Positions 1 to 9,555 of a DNA stretch of 64,000 nucleotides are shown here, piece after piece (positions within the stretch are counted from its first letter, which is position 1; each line of letters starts with the position of its first letter). The position numbers were made by a program, and so were the translations under genes. The DNA comes from an uncultured bacterium (GTDB lineage Bacteria > Actinomycetota > Actinomycetes > S36-B12). The stretch is taken from assembly GCA_963700255.1 (NCBI GenBank), contig CAVOWW010000023.1, forward strand, positions 128,403-192,402. The letters run 5' to 3'. Below the pieces are notes generated by a model, which was not told the DNA's origin, ran no database searches, and worked only from the letters and a program-made list of their open reading frames with translations.

Positions 1-549
1 GACGGCCAGGCCCACGCCGACCAGGGCGAACATCAGGCCCACGAGCGCGCCCGCATCCTCGAGCAGGATGACGGGGAGCTCGGGCTGCCGGGCGTCGCGC
101 ACGAACTTGGCCATGGAGCGCCGACCGCGCGACTTGTTCGCCTCGCGGATGGCCGTGCGGAACGAGAAGGACTCGAGCACGATGGCGATCAGCAGCACGA
201 CGACGGCGATCCACCAGTCGTTCAGCGGCTCCGGCTCCTGCCACTTGTGCCAGCCCTCGTAGAGGGAGAACATGCCGCCCACCAGGAACAGCACGATGGC
301 GACGATGAATCCGTAGACGTACCGACGTCGGCCGTAGCCGAAGTTGTGGTGGTCGTCGGCCTGCTTCTTCGACCGCTTGTTGCCCACGAGCAGCAGCACC
401 TGGTTGCCCGAGTCGGCCACCGAGTGGATCGCCTCCGACAGCATCGACGACGAGCCGGTGAACAGGAACGCCACGAACTTCGCGACCGCGATGCCCATGT
501 TCGCCAGCAGGGCCGCGACCACTGCCTTCATGCCGCCCTCAGTGCTCAC
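1..549 (-). CDS. Cation diffusion facilitator (CDF) family transporter, runs off the left edge of the window
   Basis: Manual translation from GTG 549: VSTEGGMKAVVAALLANMGIAVAKFVAFLFTGSSSMLSEAIHSVADSGNQ...HNFGYGR...ILLED (CDF metal-site motifs). Not in the ORF track because it is partial. Follows manA, as in other actinobacteria. Confidence 0.9.
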   Translation of the reverse strand, partial: MSTEGGMKAVVAALLANMGIAVAKFVAFLFTGSSSMLSEAIHSVADSGNQVLLLVGNKRSKKQADDHHNFGYGRRRYVYGFIVAIVLFLVGGMFSLYEGWHKWQEPEPLNDWWIAVVVLLIAIVLESFSFRTAIREANKSRGRRSMAKFVRDARQPELPVILLEDAGALVGLMFALVGVGLAV

Positions 550-635
550 TGCTGCCTCCGCATGCTCCGTCAGAACTCACTGCTGCCTCCGCATGCTCCG
601 TCAGAACTCACTGCTGCCTCCGCATGCTCCGTCAG
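545..635. repeat. 31-bp tandem repeat (~3 copies) filling the manA-CDF intergenic region
   Basis: Unit ctcactgctgcctccgcatgctccgtcagaa at 545, 576 and 607 (third copy 29 bp). Confidence 0.95.
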
Positions 636-1753
636 TGCTCATCCGGGTCAACCCCCAAGTGCTGCTCCACCTGCACCGTCGTCGACTGGATGATCGCTAC
701 CAGGCCGTCCGCCTCCACGAAGCTGTCCGGATCGTCCGCGGAGATGACCGCCGCCGTTCCCGGGCGCAGGGTGAAGTCGCCGAACTCGGACTCCACTCGC
801 GCAGACCCCTCCACCAGCAGCACGATCCGATAGGCGCCGTGCGGGATCCGCTCGCCGCCGGAGGTGACCATCCGCACGATGAACGGCGCCGCCACGGGCC
901 AGATCGCGTCGCCGTGGGACGTCGGCATGACCTGTGGCTCCTTGCGGTCGTCAAGCGCACCGATGGCGTGCTCCACGAAGACGGGCTTGTGGGTGAGGCC
1001 GAGACGAACGACATTGTCCGAGGACGTCATGACCTCGAGCCCGATCCCGCGGATGTAGCTGTGGGGCACGCCCGCCGGCACGTAGACGGCCTGGCCGGCA
1101 TCGAGCCGCAGGTACGCCAGCAACGGGGTCAGCAGGGCGCCCGCGTCATCGGGGTAGTTCTCGCGGACGGTGCGGTAGGCCGCCACCTCGGCTTCGGGAA
1201 GGCCGGCAGCGCGTGCAGCCTCGTCGAGGCGGGCGACAGCGGATGTCGGCGCAACCGCCAGCAGCAGTCGGATCGCGGCCGGACGATCACCGGCGCGCAC
1301 GGCGACCACGGCCTCCTCGGTGCCCGGCAGGGACGACAGGATGTCGGCCGCCTGTGCGACCGGGCGCCAGCCGGCGAACGCCTCGAAGGGCTCGAGGGCG
1401 ACCAGCATCTCCGTCTTCTCGAACGGATCGCTGTAGACCGGCTCCGCCCCCGGCTCGTGCTGCGCCTGCCAGCCGGCGGCCGCGACCGCCTTGGGCGGGT
1501 GGACCTGGACCGACAACGGCCGCGCGGCCGCGAGCAGCTTCACGAGCAGGGGGATGGCCTCGACGTCGAAGTGATCGGCGAGCAGCTCGCCCGTGGGCGT
1601 CCCGGCGGAGTCGACGAGCGGCGAGGGGCCACCCGGGTGCGCCCCGAACCAGAGCTCGGCCTGCGGGGCCTCGGTGGCGTGGCCGCTCCACGGCTCGAGG
1701 CCGTCGACGATGCCCCAGTCGTAGTCCTTGATGGCCCCGCGGACGATCAGCAC
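632..1753 (-). CDS. manA: Mannose-6-phosphate isomerase, class I
   Basis: YDWG, AELWFGAHPGGPS, KLLAAARPLSVQVHP, YVPAGVPHSY, EVMTSSDNVVRLGLT motifs. Confidence 0.93.
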   Translation of the reverse strand: MLIVRGAIKDYDWGIVDGLEPWSGHATEAPQAELWFGAHPGGPSPLVDSAGTPTGELLADHFDVEAIPLLVKLLAAARPLSVQVHPPKAVAAAGWQAQHEPGAEPVYSDPFEKTEMLVALEPFEAFAGWRPVAQAADILSSLPGTEEAVVAVRAGDRPAAIRLLLAVAPTSAVARLDEAARAAGLPEAEVAAYRTVRENYPDDAGALLTPLLAYLRLDAGQAVYVPAGVPHSYIRGIGLEVMTSSDNVVRLGLTHKPVFVEHAIGALDDRKEPQVMPTSHGDAIWPVAAPFIVRMVTSGGERIPHGAYRIVLLVEGSARVESEFGDFTLRPGTAAVISADDPDSFVEADGLVAIIQSTTVQVEQHLGVDPDEH

Positions 1754-1757
1754 GAGG

Positions 1758-1985
1758 TCAGCCCTCGACCAGGGCGCCGATGCCGCTCGGGCCAGGAGTG
1801 GCCTCGTCGAGGAGCATCACGGGGATGCCGTCGCGAACCTCGAAGGACGTGCGGCAGCGCGTGCACCTGATCCGCTTCGAGTCGAGGTCGGGCTCGACCG
1901 GAGCGTGCTCGGGGCAGGGGCAGGCGAGGACGTCCCAGAGGTCGGCGGCGATGCCCAGGGGTGTGCTTCCCGTGACGTCGGACAT
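1758..1985 (-). CDS. Trm112 family small protein
   Basis: C-terminal 75 aa of ORF 1758..2471: LWDVLACPCPEH...CTRC...FEVRDGIPVMLLDEA; directly downstream of manB. Confidence 0.88.
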   Translation of the reverse strand: MSDVTGSTPLGIAADLWDVLACPCPEHAPVEPDLDSKRIRCTRCRTSFEVRDGIPVMLLDEATPGPSGIGALVEG

Positions 1986-1987
1986 GG

Positions 1988-3385
1988 TCAGGCTCCCTTG
2001 CGCATCATGGCCAGGACCTCGTCGCGCACGAGCGCCATCTGCGCCTCGTCGCCGGCCTCCACGTTCAGCCGCAGCAGCGGCTCGGTGTTGCTGGGGCGGA
2101 CGTTGAACCACCAGCCGTCGCCGTTGACCGTCATTCCGTCGAGGTCGTCGATGTCGGTGAAGCCGCGCGCGACGAACGTCTCGCGGATCTCCTGCGTGAC
2201 GGCGGCCTGGTCGACCACCTCCGTGTTGATCTCGCCGCTGGCGACGTAGCGGGCGAACGGCGCCAGGATGCTCGAGAGTGTCGTGCCCGAGTCCGTCTCG
2301 CCGAGTGCCGCGATGGCGTGCAGCGCGGCGAGCATCCCCGAGTCGGCGCGCCAGAAGTCGCGGAAGTAGAAGTGGCCCGAGTGCTCGCCGCCGAACACGG
2401 CGCCGGTCTCGGCCATGGTCGCCTTGATGAAGGAGTGGCCGACGCGGGTGCGAACGGGCACGCCGCCGCACTCGAGGATGACCTCCGGCACGGCCTTGGA
2501 CGTGATCAGGTTGTGGATGACGGTGCTGCCCGGGTGCTTGGCCAGCTCGCGCGAGGCGATCAGTGCGGTGAGCGTCGAGGGGTTCACGATCTCCCCGCGC
2601 TCGTCGACGACGAAGCAGCGGTCGGCATCGCCGTCGAACGCGAGCCCGAGGTCGGCGCCCGTCTCGCGCACCCGCGCCTGCAGGTCGCGCATGTTCTCGT
2701 CGTCGATCGGGTTCGCCTCGTGGTTCGGGAAGGTCCCGTCGAGCTCGAAGTACAGCTCGTCGATGTCGAGGGGAAGGGCCGGCAGCCCGGCGGCGTCGCC
2801 GAGGACGGCCGGCACGGTGAAGCCGCCCATCCCGTTGCCGGCATCGACCACCACGCGCAGGGGGCGGACTCCCGACACGTCGACCAGGTCCCGGAGGTAG
2901 GCGGCGTAGTCGGCGAGCAGGTCGCGCTCGCTCATCTCGCCGAGAGGGCCGTCGAAGGCCGGCACTCCCTCGTTGATCATCCGCGTGATCTCCCTCAGGC
3001 CCGAGTCCTGGCCCACGGGCGAGGCGCCGGGACGGCAGAGCTTGATGCCGTTGTACTGGGCCGGGTTGTGGCTCGCGGTGAACATGGCGCCGGGCAGTCC
3101 GAGGGATCCGGAGGCGTAGTACAGGCCGTCGGTGCTCGCGAGGCCGATCAGGACGACGTCGCAGCCCTGCTCGCGCACCCCGTCTGCGAACGAGGCGACG
3201 AGGGAGGGTCCCGACGGACGCATGTCATGGCCGATGACGACCGCTCCCGGACCACCGTCGCGCGCCGCGGCCCCCACCACGCGCACGAAGGCACCGCCGA
3301 CCGCGTGGGCGAGGTCCTCGTCCAGCTGGTCGGGATACGTGCCGCGCACGTCGTAGGCCTTGATGATCTCTTCGAGGTTTCGCAC
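1988..3385 (-). CDS. manB: Phosphomannomutase/phosphoglucomutase
   Basis: KAYDVRG, TASHNP phosphoserine loop, FDGDADR metal loop, GGEHSGH, RPSNTEP. Confidence 0.95.
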   Translation of the reverse strand: MRNLEEIIKAYDVRGTYPDQLDEDLAHAVGGAFVRVVGAAARDGGPGAVVIGHDMRPSGPSLVASFADGVREQGCDVVLIGLASTDGLYYASGSLGLPGAMFTASHNPAQYNGIKLCRPGASPVGQDSGLREITRMINEGVPAFDGPLGEMSERDLLADYAAYLRDLVDVSGVRPLRVVVDAGNGMGGFTVPAVLGDAAGLPALPLDIDELYFELDGTFPNHEANPIDDENMRDLQARVRETGADLGLAFDGDADRCFVVDERGEIVNPSTLTALIASRELAKHPGSTVIHNLITSKAVPEVILECGGVPVRTRVGHSFIKATMAETGAVFGGEHSGHFYFRDFWRADSGMLAALHAIAALGETDSGTTLSSILAPFARYVASGEINTEVVDQAAVTQEIRETFVARGFTDIDDLDGMTVNGDGWWFNVRPSNTEPLLRLNVEAGDEAQMALVRDEVLAMMRKGA

Positions 3386-3475
3386 GCCGCAAGGCTATCG
3401 CTCGGGCGCACGGTCACCTCCCGCGCGTGAGGCGCCCCCGGCAAACCTTGAGCCGATCGTGAACGAGGCCGTTCG

Positions 3476-3493
3476 CCGGGGTCGCGACCCCGG
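3476..3493. terminator. GC-rich perfect palindrome just downstream of the DUF3499 stop codon, possible terminator
   Basis: ccggggtcg-cgaccccgg; no U-tract. Confidence 0.4.
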
Positions 3494-3495
3494 TG

Positions 3496-3915
3496 TCAGT
3501 CGTCGAAGTCGAGATAGGGCTCGGGCTCCCGATCGGGAGCGACCGGCTCATCCACCGACGTCAGCATCCGCAGGTGGCCTCGGCGGGCCACCTCGACAGA
3601 GCCGGCTGGCACCTCGGTGGGCAGCGGCACTCCCGGGTCGTAGCGGGGCCGGGCCGCCTCGCGCACGGCGTTCGCCAGGGCCTCGAGGTCGTCGCTGGTG
3701 GGCTTCAGCGCGTCGGGGTCCGGCGTGATGCGGACGATCTCCCAGCCGCGCGGCGCGGTGAGGCGCTCACTGTGCATGTTGCACAGGTCGTAGCAGTGCG
3801 GCTCCGCGTACGTGGCCAGTGGACCGACCACCGCGGTCGAGTCGGCGTACACGTACGTGAGCGTGGCAACGGCCTGGCCGTTGCACGACGGCTTGGAGCA
3901 ACGGCGACGACTCAC
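3496..3915 (-). CDS. DUF3499 family protein
   Basis: RRCSKPSC...AVATLTYVYADSTAVVGPLA...EPHCYDLC..H; start set at GTG 3915, 7 nt after TAGCGT. Confidence 0.9.
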   Translation of the reverse strand: MSRRRCSKPSCNGQAVATLTYVYADSTAVVGPLATYAEPHCYDLCNMHSERLTAPRGWEIVRITPDPDALKPTSDDLEALANAVREAARPRYDPGVPLPTEVPAGSVEVARRGHLRMLTSVDEPVAPDREPEPYLDFDD

Positions 3916-3965
3916 GGGTCGCACGCTAGTGGGAGCACGAGGCGCACGGTGGACGGCGCGCCGGG

Positions 3966-5684
3966 TCAGCGGGTCGCGACCGCCGGGTCCTGCACCGCGG
4001 TGGGGACCGCGACCTCGGTCCGCAGGGGGTTCCAGGGGTAGCCCGTGACGAGATCACCGAAGCGGGACTGCTCGCGCAGTCGGTGGGCGACGAGGATGGG
4101 GCCGGAACCCTCCACTGGCGTGACGACCGCCGTGTACCAGGCGACTCCCACCGGCGGAATCAGCCGGACGTAGCGCAGCCGGCCCGCCCCCACCTGGACC
4201 CGCCGCGGCGCGGTGGGCACGGCGGCCTCCTTGCCCCCGCGGAACGGCAGCAGCACGATCTCGACCTCCGCTGCCTCCGCCGGCGCCGTGATGGAGACGC
4301 GGACATCGGTCGCCGCGCGGACCGGCAGGCCGCTGACGGCAGCGGGGCCGTCGAAGGGCTGGGCTCCGGCGGTGTAGGCGGTCTCGTCACCGAAGAACTG
4401 GCGCATGCCGGCCACGATGGGCGCGTCGGACGTCAGTTCCAGCGTCGCCGGATTGCGGTCGAGGATCGGCGCCATGTCGAGGGTGACGACGGAGTCGGAC
4501 GGCACCTCCACGCGCGAGCGCTCGGCGGGCGCGTAGGTGCCGTCGGCGGAGATCACCCGGATGTTGACGATCGCGTCGTCGGCGCCCGGCGCTGCGATGG
4601 AGAGCACCCGCGCGCCCGGTCCGTTGATGACACCGGGCACGTAGACACGCGTTGCCGGAGCCGCCGCCTGCGGCAGCCAGTCGGTGCCGATGTTGGCCAG
4701 TCCGGCCTGCTGCTCGTCATCGACGGACGCCCCGACGCGACCCGTGCGAGCGAGCACCTGCACGGCGGTCGCGGTGACCCCGGGCGCCAGCACGTCGAGG
4801 CGCACCACCAGGCGGTCCTGGCCCTTGACGACCAGTCCGCGGCCGGCAGGCGCGTCGATGAGGCCCTCGGGACCCCGGATGACGACGTCGACGACAGCGG
4901 AGGTCTCGTCGGGATTGACGAGGACGATGCGGGTCTGACGGCCGGCGATCGCCCCGCCGCCGACGAACCAGAACTCGGAGGCGGCCGGCGCGCATGCCGT
5001 GCTGGCCATCCCGCGACCGCGACCGCCAGGGTCGCGGCCCCACTGGTCGGCCACGAGGCCGGGCGCGAGGGTGCCGTCGCCGTACGCCCGGATGGCGGGC
5101 AGGCGAACGCTCTCGAAGGACTCGATCTGGGCCTGTCCGCCGGGGACCAGGATCTTGGACTGCGCGGACTCCTTGCCGGGGAGCGTCTCCAGCCCGGCGC
5201 TGCCGGCGGCGGCCTCGCCCTCGGCACCAGCGGCGGGGTCGGCCTCCTGCCCGGGCTGCCCGGGGACGATCGCCGCCGTGACCCGCACGCCGAGGTCGGT
5301 GCCGGCACCCGGCTCGGGGCACAGGAGGACGGTGGAGCCGATGGGCTCGATCGTGACGGCCCCCTCGGCCACCTCGGGCGTCGGCTGCTGCAGCAGCGTC
5401 GCGAGGAGGGTCAGGACGGCGACGACGGCGAGCCCGACGAGCAGGGGCCTCGCGCCGGAGATGGGTGACCCGCCGTCGCCGCGAGGCTGACGTCGGCGTC
5501 CGGGTCCGCGTGGGGGCTCGTGACCCGAGTCCGAGCCACGGAAGGCCGAGTCGTCGAGGTCGGCTGCGAGGTCGACCTCGAGGTCCTCCTCGCGCAGGAC
5601 CCCATCGTCGGCGAGCGACTCGACCGGCGCCGGGGTACCGAGGTCGGCCATGCGCTCGAGGCGGATCTTGTTGCGTCCGAACAT
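3966..5684 (-). CDS. DUF5719-like membrane-anchored extracytoplasmic protein
   Basis: TM helix, then C..P/WFVGG/LVNP repeats; conserved position after the whiB-linked GT2. Confidence 0.75.
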   Translation of the reverse strand: MFGRNKIRLERMADLGTPAPVESLADDGVLREEDLEVDLAADLDDSAFRGSDSGHEPPRGPGRRRQPRGDGGSPISGARPLLVGLAVVAVLTLLATLLQQPTPEVAEGAVTIEPIGSTVLLCPEPGAGTDLGVRVTAAIVPGQPGQEADPAAGAEGEAAAGSAGLETLPGKESAQSKILVPGGQAQIESFESVRLPAIRAYGDGTLAPGLVADQWGRDPGGRGRGMASTACAPAASEFWFVGGGAIAGRQTRIVLVNPDETSAVVDVVIRGPEGLIDAPAGRGLVVKGQDRLVVRLDVLAPGVTATAVQVLARTGRVGASVDDEQQAGLANIGTDWLPQAAAPATRVYVPGVINGPGARVLSIAAPGADDAIVNIRVISADGTYAPAERSRVEVPSDSVVTLDMAPILDRNPATLELTSDAPIVAGMRQFFGDETAYTAGAQPFDGPAAVSGLPVRAATDVRVSITAPAEAAEVEIVLLPFRGGKEAAVPTAPRRVQVGAGRLRYVRLIPPVGVAWYTAVVTPVEGSGPILVAHRLREQSRFGDLVTGYPWNPLRTEVAVPTAVQDPAVATR

Positions 5685-8600
5685 CAGGAGACACCCGCCT
5701 CGGTCGACGCGGCGACGTCAGGAGCGCGCCCATCGGTCGACGCGGCGACGTCCGGAGCGCGCCCATCGGTCGACGCAGCGACGTCGGCGGTGTCGTCGTC
5801 CAGATCGGGATCGGGATCGAGCCGACGACGTTCGGGCAGGGCCATGACGACGAGGGCGAGCAGGACGACGAGCTGAAGCCACAGCCAGCGCGACCGGGCG
5901 CTGTCGTCGAACGCGACCACGACCTGGGGCGTGCCCTCCGGCGCCTCGAAGGCCTGCGACCAGGAGAGCAGGCCCGGACCCGCAGCGCCCGTCAGGTCGG
6001 TCGTGGTGCCATCGGCGCCGACGGCGACTGCACGCCACGCCGGATCGAGGGCGACCCCGGTCACGAGGGTGCGCGCACCCGTTCCCTCGGGAAGCGCCTG
6101 GTCCAGGTACGGGTCGGCCGTGGTGGTGCCCTGGGCCGCGACGCCGAGCGGAGTCTGCTTCTCCTCCGTGACGAGCCGGGCGCGCGAGGTGACGCCGGCC
6201 ACCCGCCACAGCACCTCGCCGTCCGCGCTCGACAGACGCCGCAGTCCGGGCTCGCCGTCGAGGGTGGGCACGAGCTCCGTCGATGCGCCCGGAGCCAGCA
6301 CGACGTACCGGATGCCGTAGCCGGCGAGCGTCTCGATCTCGTCGCCGCCGCGCCCCGAGACCATCGCCGCCACATAGGGGTCCAGCGCCTCCCACGCGGC
6401 CGCCGGTGGGCCGGTCTCGGCATCGCCGAGGATCGGCCCGGCACCGTTGAGCAGGCTGTACCTGACCCGGCCCGCGCTGTCGTCTGCGATGACGAGGGTG
6501 CGGGGCGCCTGCGGACTCTCGGCGTCTGCCGCCACGAAGGCGGGCACCGCGGACGCGGGCGCCTTGCGGACGACACCGTCCACGGCGAAGCCGAACCACA
6601 CGGCCGAGAGCACCGGGGCGAGCAGCGCCACGACAGCGACGACCAGCGCGAGCGGCTGGCCGAGGGTGAAGCTCGATCCCGCCAGGCGTGCGCGAAGACC
6701 CTCGATGGCGACGGCGGCCATGGCGATGAAGGCCAGGCCGAGGAGCAGGGTCGCCTGGCCCGGCCAGGGACGGATCTCGACCGTGGCCCCCGGCGGAGTC
6801 ACGAGCACCATCGACTGGAGCAGGCCCATCGCGAGGCCGAGCCCGCCGAGGATCGCGAAGGCGCCGATGACACGAAGCCGGTCGGCGCGCAGGAGGGCGA
6901 GCAGCCCGGCGACCACGATCCCCAGCGTCAGCCAGAGCGGGGTCATCCCGGGGCCGCCGGGATGCAGCAGCAGCACATGCCAGGGCTGGAGGGCGGGATC
7001 GGTGATCCCCGTGCCGTTGAGCCCCGGCTCGAGCAGGAGAAGCGTGGGATGGGTGAGCACGTGGGCCGACCACGGCAGGAGCAGGACGAGCGGCGCGAGC
7101 AGGGCGACCGCCAGCCTGGCGAGCACTCCTCGGCCCGTGGCGGCATCACTGCGGGCCAGATGCACCGCAGCAGCAACGGCTGCGACCAGGAGCACGATCC
7201 ACAGCGCAGGCGACACCGAGAGAACGATGGCGACCAGGATCGCGGTGCCCGCGGAGCGTCGCAGCGTGCCGTTGGGCCCGCCGATCCGGACCAGCGAGCG
7301 GATCGTGAACGGCAGGACGATGGCGAGGATCGTGGTGCCGATGCGCCCGGACGCGACAGCGCCGGTCATGGCCGGAAGCAGCGCATAGGCCGCGGACGCC
7401 CAGACCCGGATCGCCTTCCCCGGGATGAGGCCGCGCATCGCGACGTAGGCGCTGGCACCGGCGAGGGGGATGCCGAGCAGCAGCAGGAACGTCACGGCTG
7501 CCGGCGCCTTGCCGAGGAGGACGAACGCGACCGCCGCGATGACGGTGAGGTAGGGCGGCGCCGGCGTCGTGGACCCGGGCCCTACGTCGTGCCACGCCTG
7601 GCGGTAGGTCTCCCACAGGTCACCGCCGCCGGGCGGGGGCGGCAGCAGGGCACCGCCCTGCAGGACGCCGTCGCCGAGCCACAGGCCACGGGTGCCGATC
7701 ACCGCGACGACGACGAGCACCGCCCCGATGAGGAAGGCGGGCGACACGAGAACCCGGCGCAGGAGTCCGGAGGAGGTGCCGTCGAGATAGTCCGCGTCCT
7801 CCCCCACCGGGCCGCTGTCGAGGGCACTGACCGACGTGCCCGGCGAGGTCGACCCGCTGGTGGTCAGGAAGCCGGTGACGGCCTCCATCCCCTGCCGCAG
7901 CTGGGTCCTCGCCGTGGGCCGCAGGTGCCGCACCGCGCCCGCCGGCTCCGTCGAGGTCCGGGCGACAAGGGCACGCGACGCACGGACCTTCGACGGATGC
8001 AGGGCCAGCGTGAGCACGGCACCGACCTCGTCGCGGGCCGCGGCGACGTCCTTGCCCAGGAGGTAGACGGCCGCCCGAACGAGGCTGCCGAGCAGCAGGC
8101 GCAGCGCCACGAACGGAGCGGCAACCGCGCTGGCCTGCGCCAGGAGAACGTGGACCGCGGCCTCGCGGTCGGCCCGGTGCGGCTGCGGGGCGATGTCGTC
8201 CGATCGCCTGCCGTGGGCGGAGGCCTCGCGGTGGTGGATGACCGCGTTGGTGGCCACCATGACGCGCTCCCCCATGCGATGGGCGCGCCAGCAGAAGTCG
8301 AGATCGTCGCGGAACAGCGGAAGCGACGGGTCGAAGCCGGCCAGGGCCTCCCACACGTCACGACGGACGAGCATGCCCGCCGAGCTGACCGCGAGGACGT
8401 CGCGGCTGCCGTCGTGCTGCCCCTGGTCGTGCTCCCGGCGCTCGAGTCCGGTGACGCGCCGGCCGGACCCGGTGACGGTGACGCCCGCCTCCAGGAGCAG
8501 GCGCCGGTCGTGCCAGCCCAGCACCTTGGGGCCGAGGACCGCGACACTGGGGTTGTCGTCGGCGGTGTCGAGCAGCCCTTCGAGGCAGTGCGCGTCGGGC

Positions 8601-9142
8601 GCGCTGTCGTCATGAAGGAGCCAGACCCAGGAGATGGCGTCGGGGGAGAACGGCTCGTGCGTGCGGGGACCGAGGTGGGCCAGCCCCGCGCGGGCGGCCT
8701 GCCCGAAGCCGACCGTGTGGTCGAGGCGGAGGGTGCGCTCGGCGCCGAAGGACGCGTGGAGCAGGTCCGGGCTGGCGTCGACGGAGCCGGTGTCCACCCC
8801 CACGGCCGCGTCGGGCAGCCGTGTCTGGGCGGCGAGCGTGGTGAGCACCGCCGGCAGCCACACGGCCCCGTCATGGCTGACGACCACCGCGGTGACGTGG
8901 TGCTCGCGACGGGGCAGGGCGGGGACCTCGTCCTCGAGGGCCAGGTAGTCCTCGACGCTGAACCACTCGGTGGTCTGCGGCGGGGCCGTCTCGGGACCGG
9001 ACGACCCGGGCAGGGGGGCGCCGATGCCCTCGAGCGCACCGGTCACGTGCTCATCGAAGAGCTCGTCGCGATACTCAGCACCTGCAGGTTCGTCGAGGCC
9101 GTCTCGGGGCTCGTCGGCCCGCCGCACCTCGTCGTCCATCAC
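5684..9142 (-). CDS. Large GT2 glycosyltransferase with multi-TM C-terminal region (whiB-linked)
   Basis: WLLHDDSAP, GPKVLGW, VSSAGMLVRRDVW..LAGFDP.LPLFRDDLDFCWR, then many TM helices. Confidence 0.88.
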   Translation of the reverse strand: MMDDEVRRADEPRDGLDEPAGAEYRDELFDEHVTGALEGIGAPLPGSSGPETAPPQTTEWFSVEDYLALEDEVPALPRREHHVTAVVVSHDGAVWLPAVLTTLAAQTRLPDAAVGVDTGSVDASPDLLHASFGAERTLRLDHTVGFGQAARAGLAHLGPRTHEPFSPDAISWVWLLHDDSAPDAHCLEGLLDTADDNPSVAVLGPKVLGWHDRRLLLEAGVTVTGSGRRVTGLERREHDQGQHDGSRDVLAVSSAGMLVRRDVWEALAGFDPSLPLFRDDLDFCWRAHRMGERVMVATNAVIHHREASAHGRRSDDIAPQPHRADREAAVHVLLAQASAVAAPFVALRLLLGSLVRAAVYLLGKDVAAARDEVGAVLTLALHPSKVRASRALVARTSTEPAGAVRHLRPTARTQLRQGMEAVTGFLTTSGSTSPGTSVSALDSGPVGEDADYLDGTSSGLLRRVLVSPAFLIGAVLVVVAVIGTRGLWLGDGVLQGGALLPPPPGGGDLWETYRQAWHDVGPGSTTPAPPYLTVIAAVAFVLLGKAPAAVTFLLLLGIPLAGASAYVAMRGLIPGKAIRVWASAAYALLPAMTGAVASGRIGTTILAIVLPFTIRSLVRIGGPNGTLRRSAGTAILVAIVLSVSPALWIVLLVAAVAAAVHLARSDAATGRGVLARLAVALLAPLVLLLPWSAHVLTHPTLLLLEPGLNGTGITDPALQPWHVLLLHPGGPGMTPLWLTLGIVVAGLLALLRADRLRVIGAFAILGGLGLAMGLLQSMVLVTPPGATVEIRPWPGQATLLLGLAFIAMAAVAIEGLRARLAGSSFTLGQPLALVVAVVALLAPVLSAVWFGFAVDGVVRKAPASAVPAFVAADAESPQAPRTLVIADDSAGRVRYSLLNGAGPILGDAETGPPAAAWEALDPYVAAMVSGRGGDEIETLAGYGIRYVVLAPGASTELVPTLDGEPGLRRLSSADGEVLWRVAGVTSRARLVTEEKQTPLGVAAQGTTTADPYLDQALPEGTGARTLVTGVALDPAWRAVAVGADGTTTDLTGAAGPGLLSWSQAFEAPEGTPQVVVAFDDSARSRWLWLQLVVLLALVVMALPERRRLDPDPDLDDDTADVAASTDGRAPDVAASTDGRAPDVAASTEAGVS
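5700..5785. repeat. In-frame 33-bp tandem repeat (2.6 copies) at the 3' end of the GT2 gene
   Basis: tcggtcgacgcggcgacgtc(a/c)ggagcgcgccca at 5700, 5733, 5766; encodes DVAASTDGRAP. Confidence 0.92.
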
Positions 9143-9217
9143 CTAAGGAACTGTACGTGTTCGATCGACGTGCACTGCCGACCCGCGCCGGGACGGCATG
9201 CGCTCAGCCGCGAGGTG

Positions 9218-9475
9218 TCAGACGGCGCGCTTCTTGAGGCGACGACGCTCACGCTCGGACAGGCCGCCCCAGATGCCGAATCGCTCGTCGGACTGCAGCG
9301 CGTACTCCAGGCACTCGACGCGGACGTCGCAGGAGAGGCAGACCTTCTTGGCCTCGCGGGTGCTGCCGCCCTTCTCCGGGAAGAAGGCCTCGGGATCGGT
9401 CTGCGCGCACAGGGCGCGCTCCTGCCATGCCAACTCCTCGACGTCAGACAGGGGCACCAGCACCATCTCTGCCAC
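9218..9475 (-). CDS. whiB: WhiB (WhiB2/WhmD-type) Fe-S transcription factor
   Basis: WQERALCAQTDPEAFFPEKGGSTREAKKVCLSCDVRVECLEYAL..ERFGIWGGLSERERRRL; GTG 9475 preceded by a GAGGAGG RBS. Confidence 0.96.
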   Translation of the reverse strand: MAEMVLVPLSDVEELAWQERALCAQTDPEAFFPEKGGSTREAKKVCLSCDVRVECLEYALQSDERFGIWGGLSERERRRLKKRAV

Positions 9476-9521
9476 GCGAAGAACCTCCTCGACCCGAGCG
9501 ACGTGCATCGCCGTTGCACGT

Positions 9522-9555
9522 ATTACAGGGGTGTGATTCGCTCACGTCAAGTGAG
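9522..9555 (-). promoter_or_regulatory. Housekeeping-sigma promoter of whiB with an overlapping TCAC-N5-GTGA (BldD-type) box
   Basis: Minus strand TTGACG (9550-9545), 17 nt, TGTAAT (9527-9522); cTCACgtcaaGTGAg at 9541-9555. Confidence 0.7.

Noticed and set aside
545-635. 31-bp repeats as a CRISPR array
   Set aside because: Units are head-to-tail with no spacers and there are no cas genes.
9528-9545. CRP/GlxR site (TGTGA-N6-TCACA) in the whiB promoter spacer
   Set aside because: Spacing is N5 and the right half-site is imperfect; the adjacent TCAC-N5-GTGA fits BldD better.
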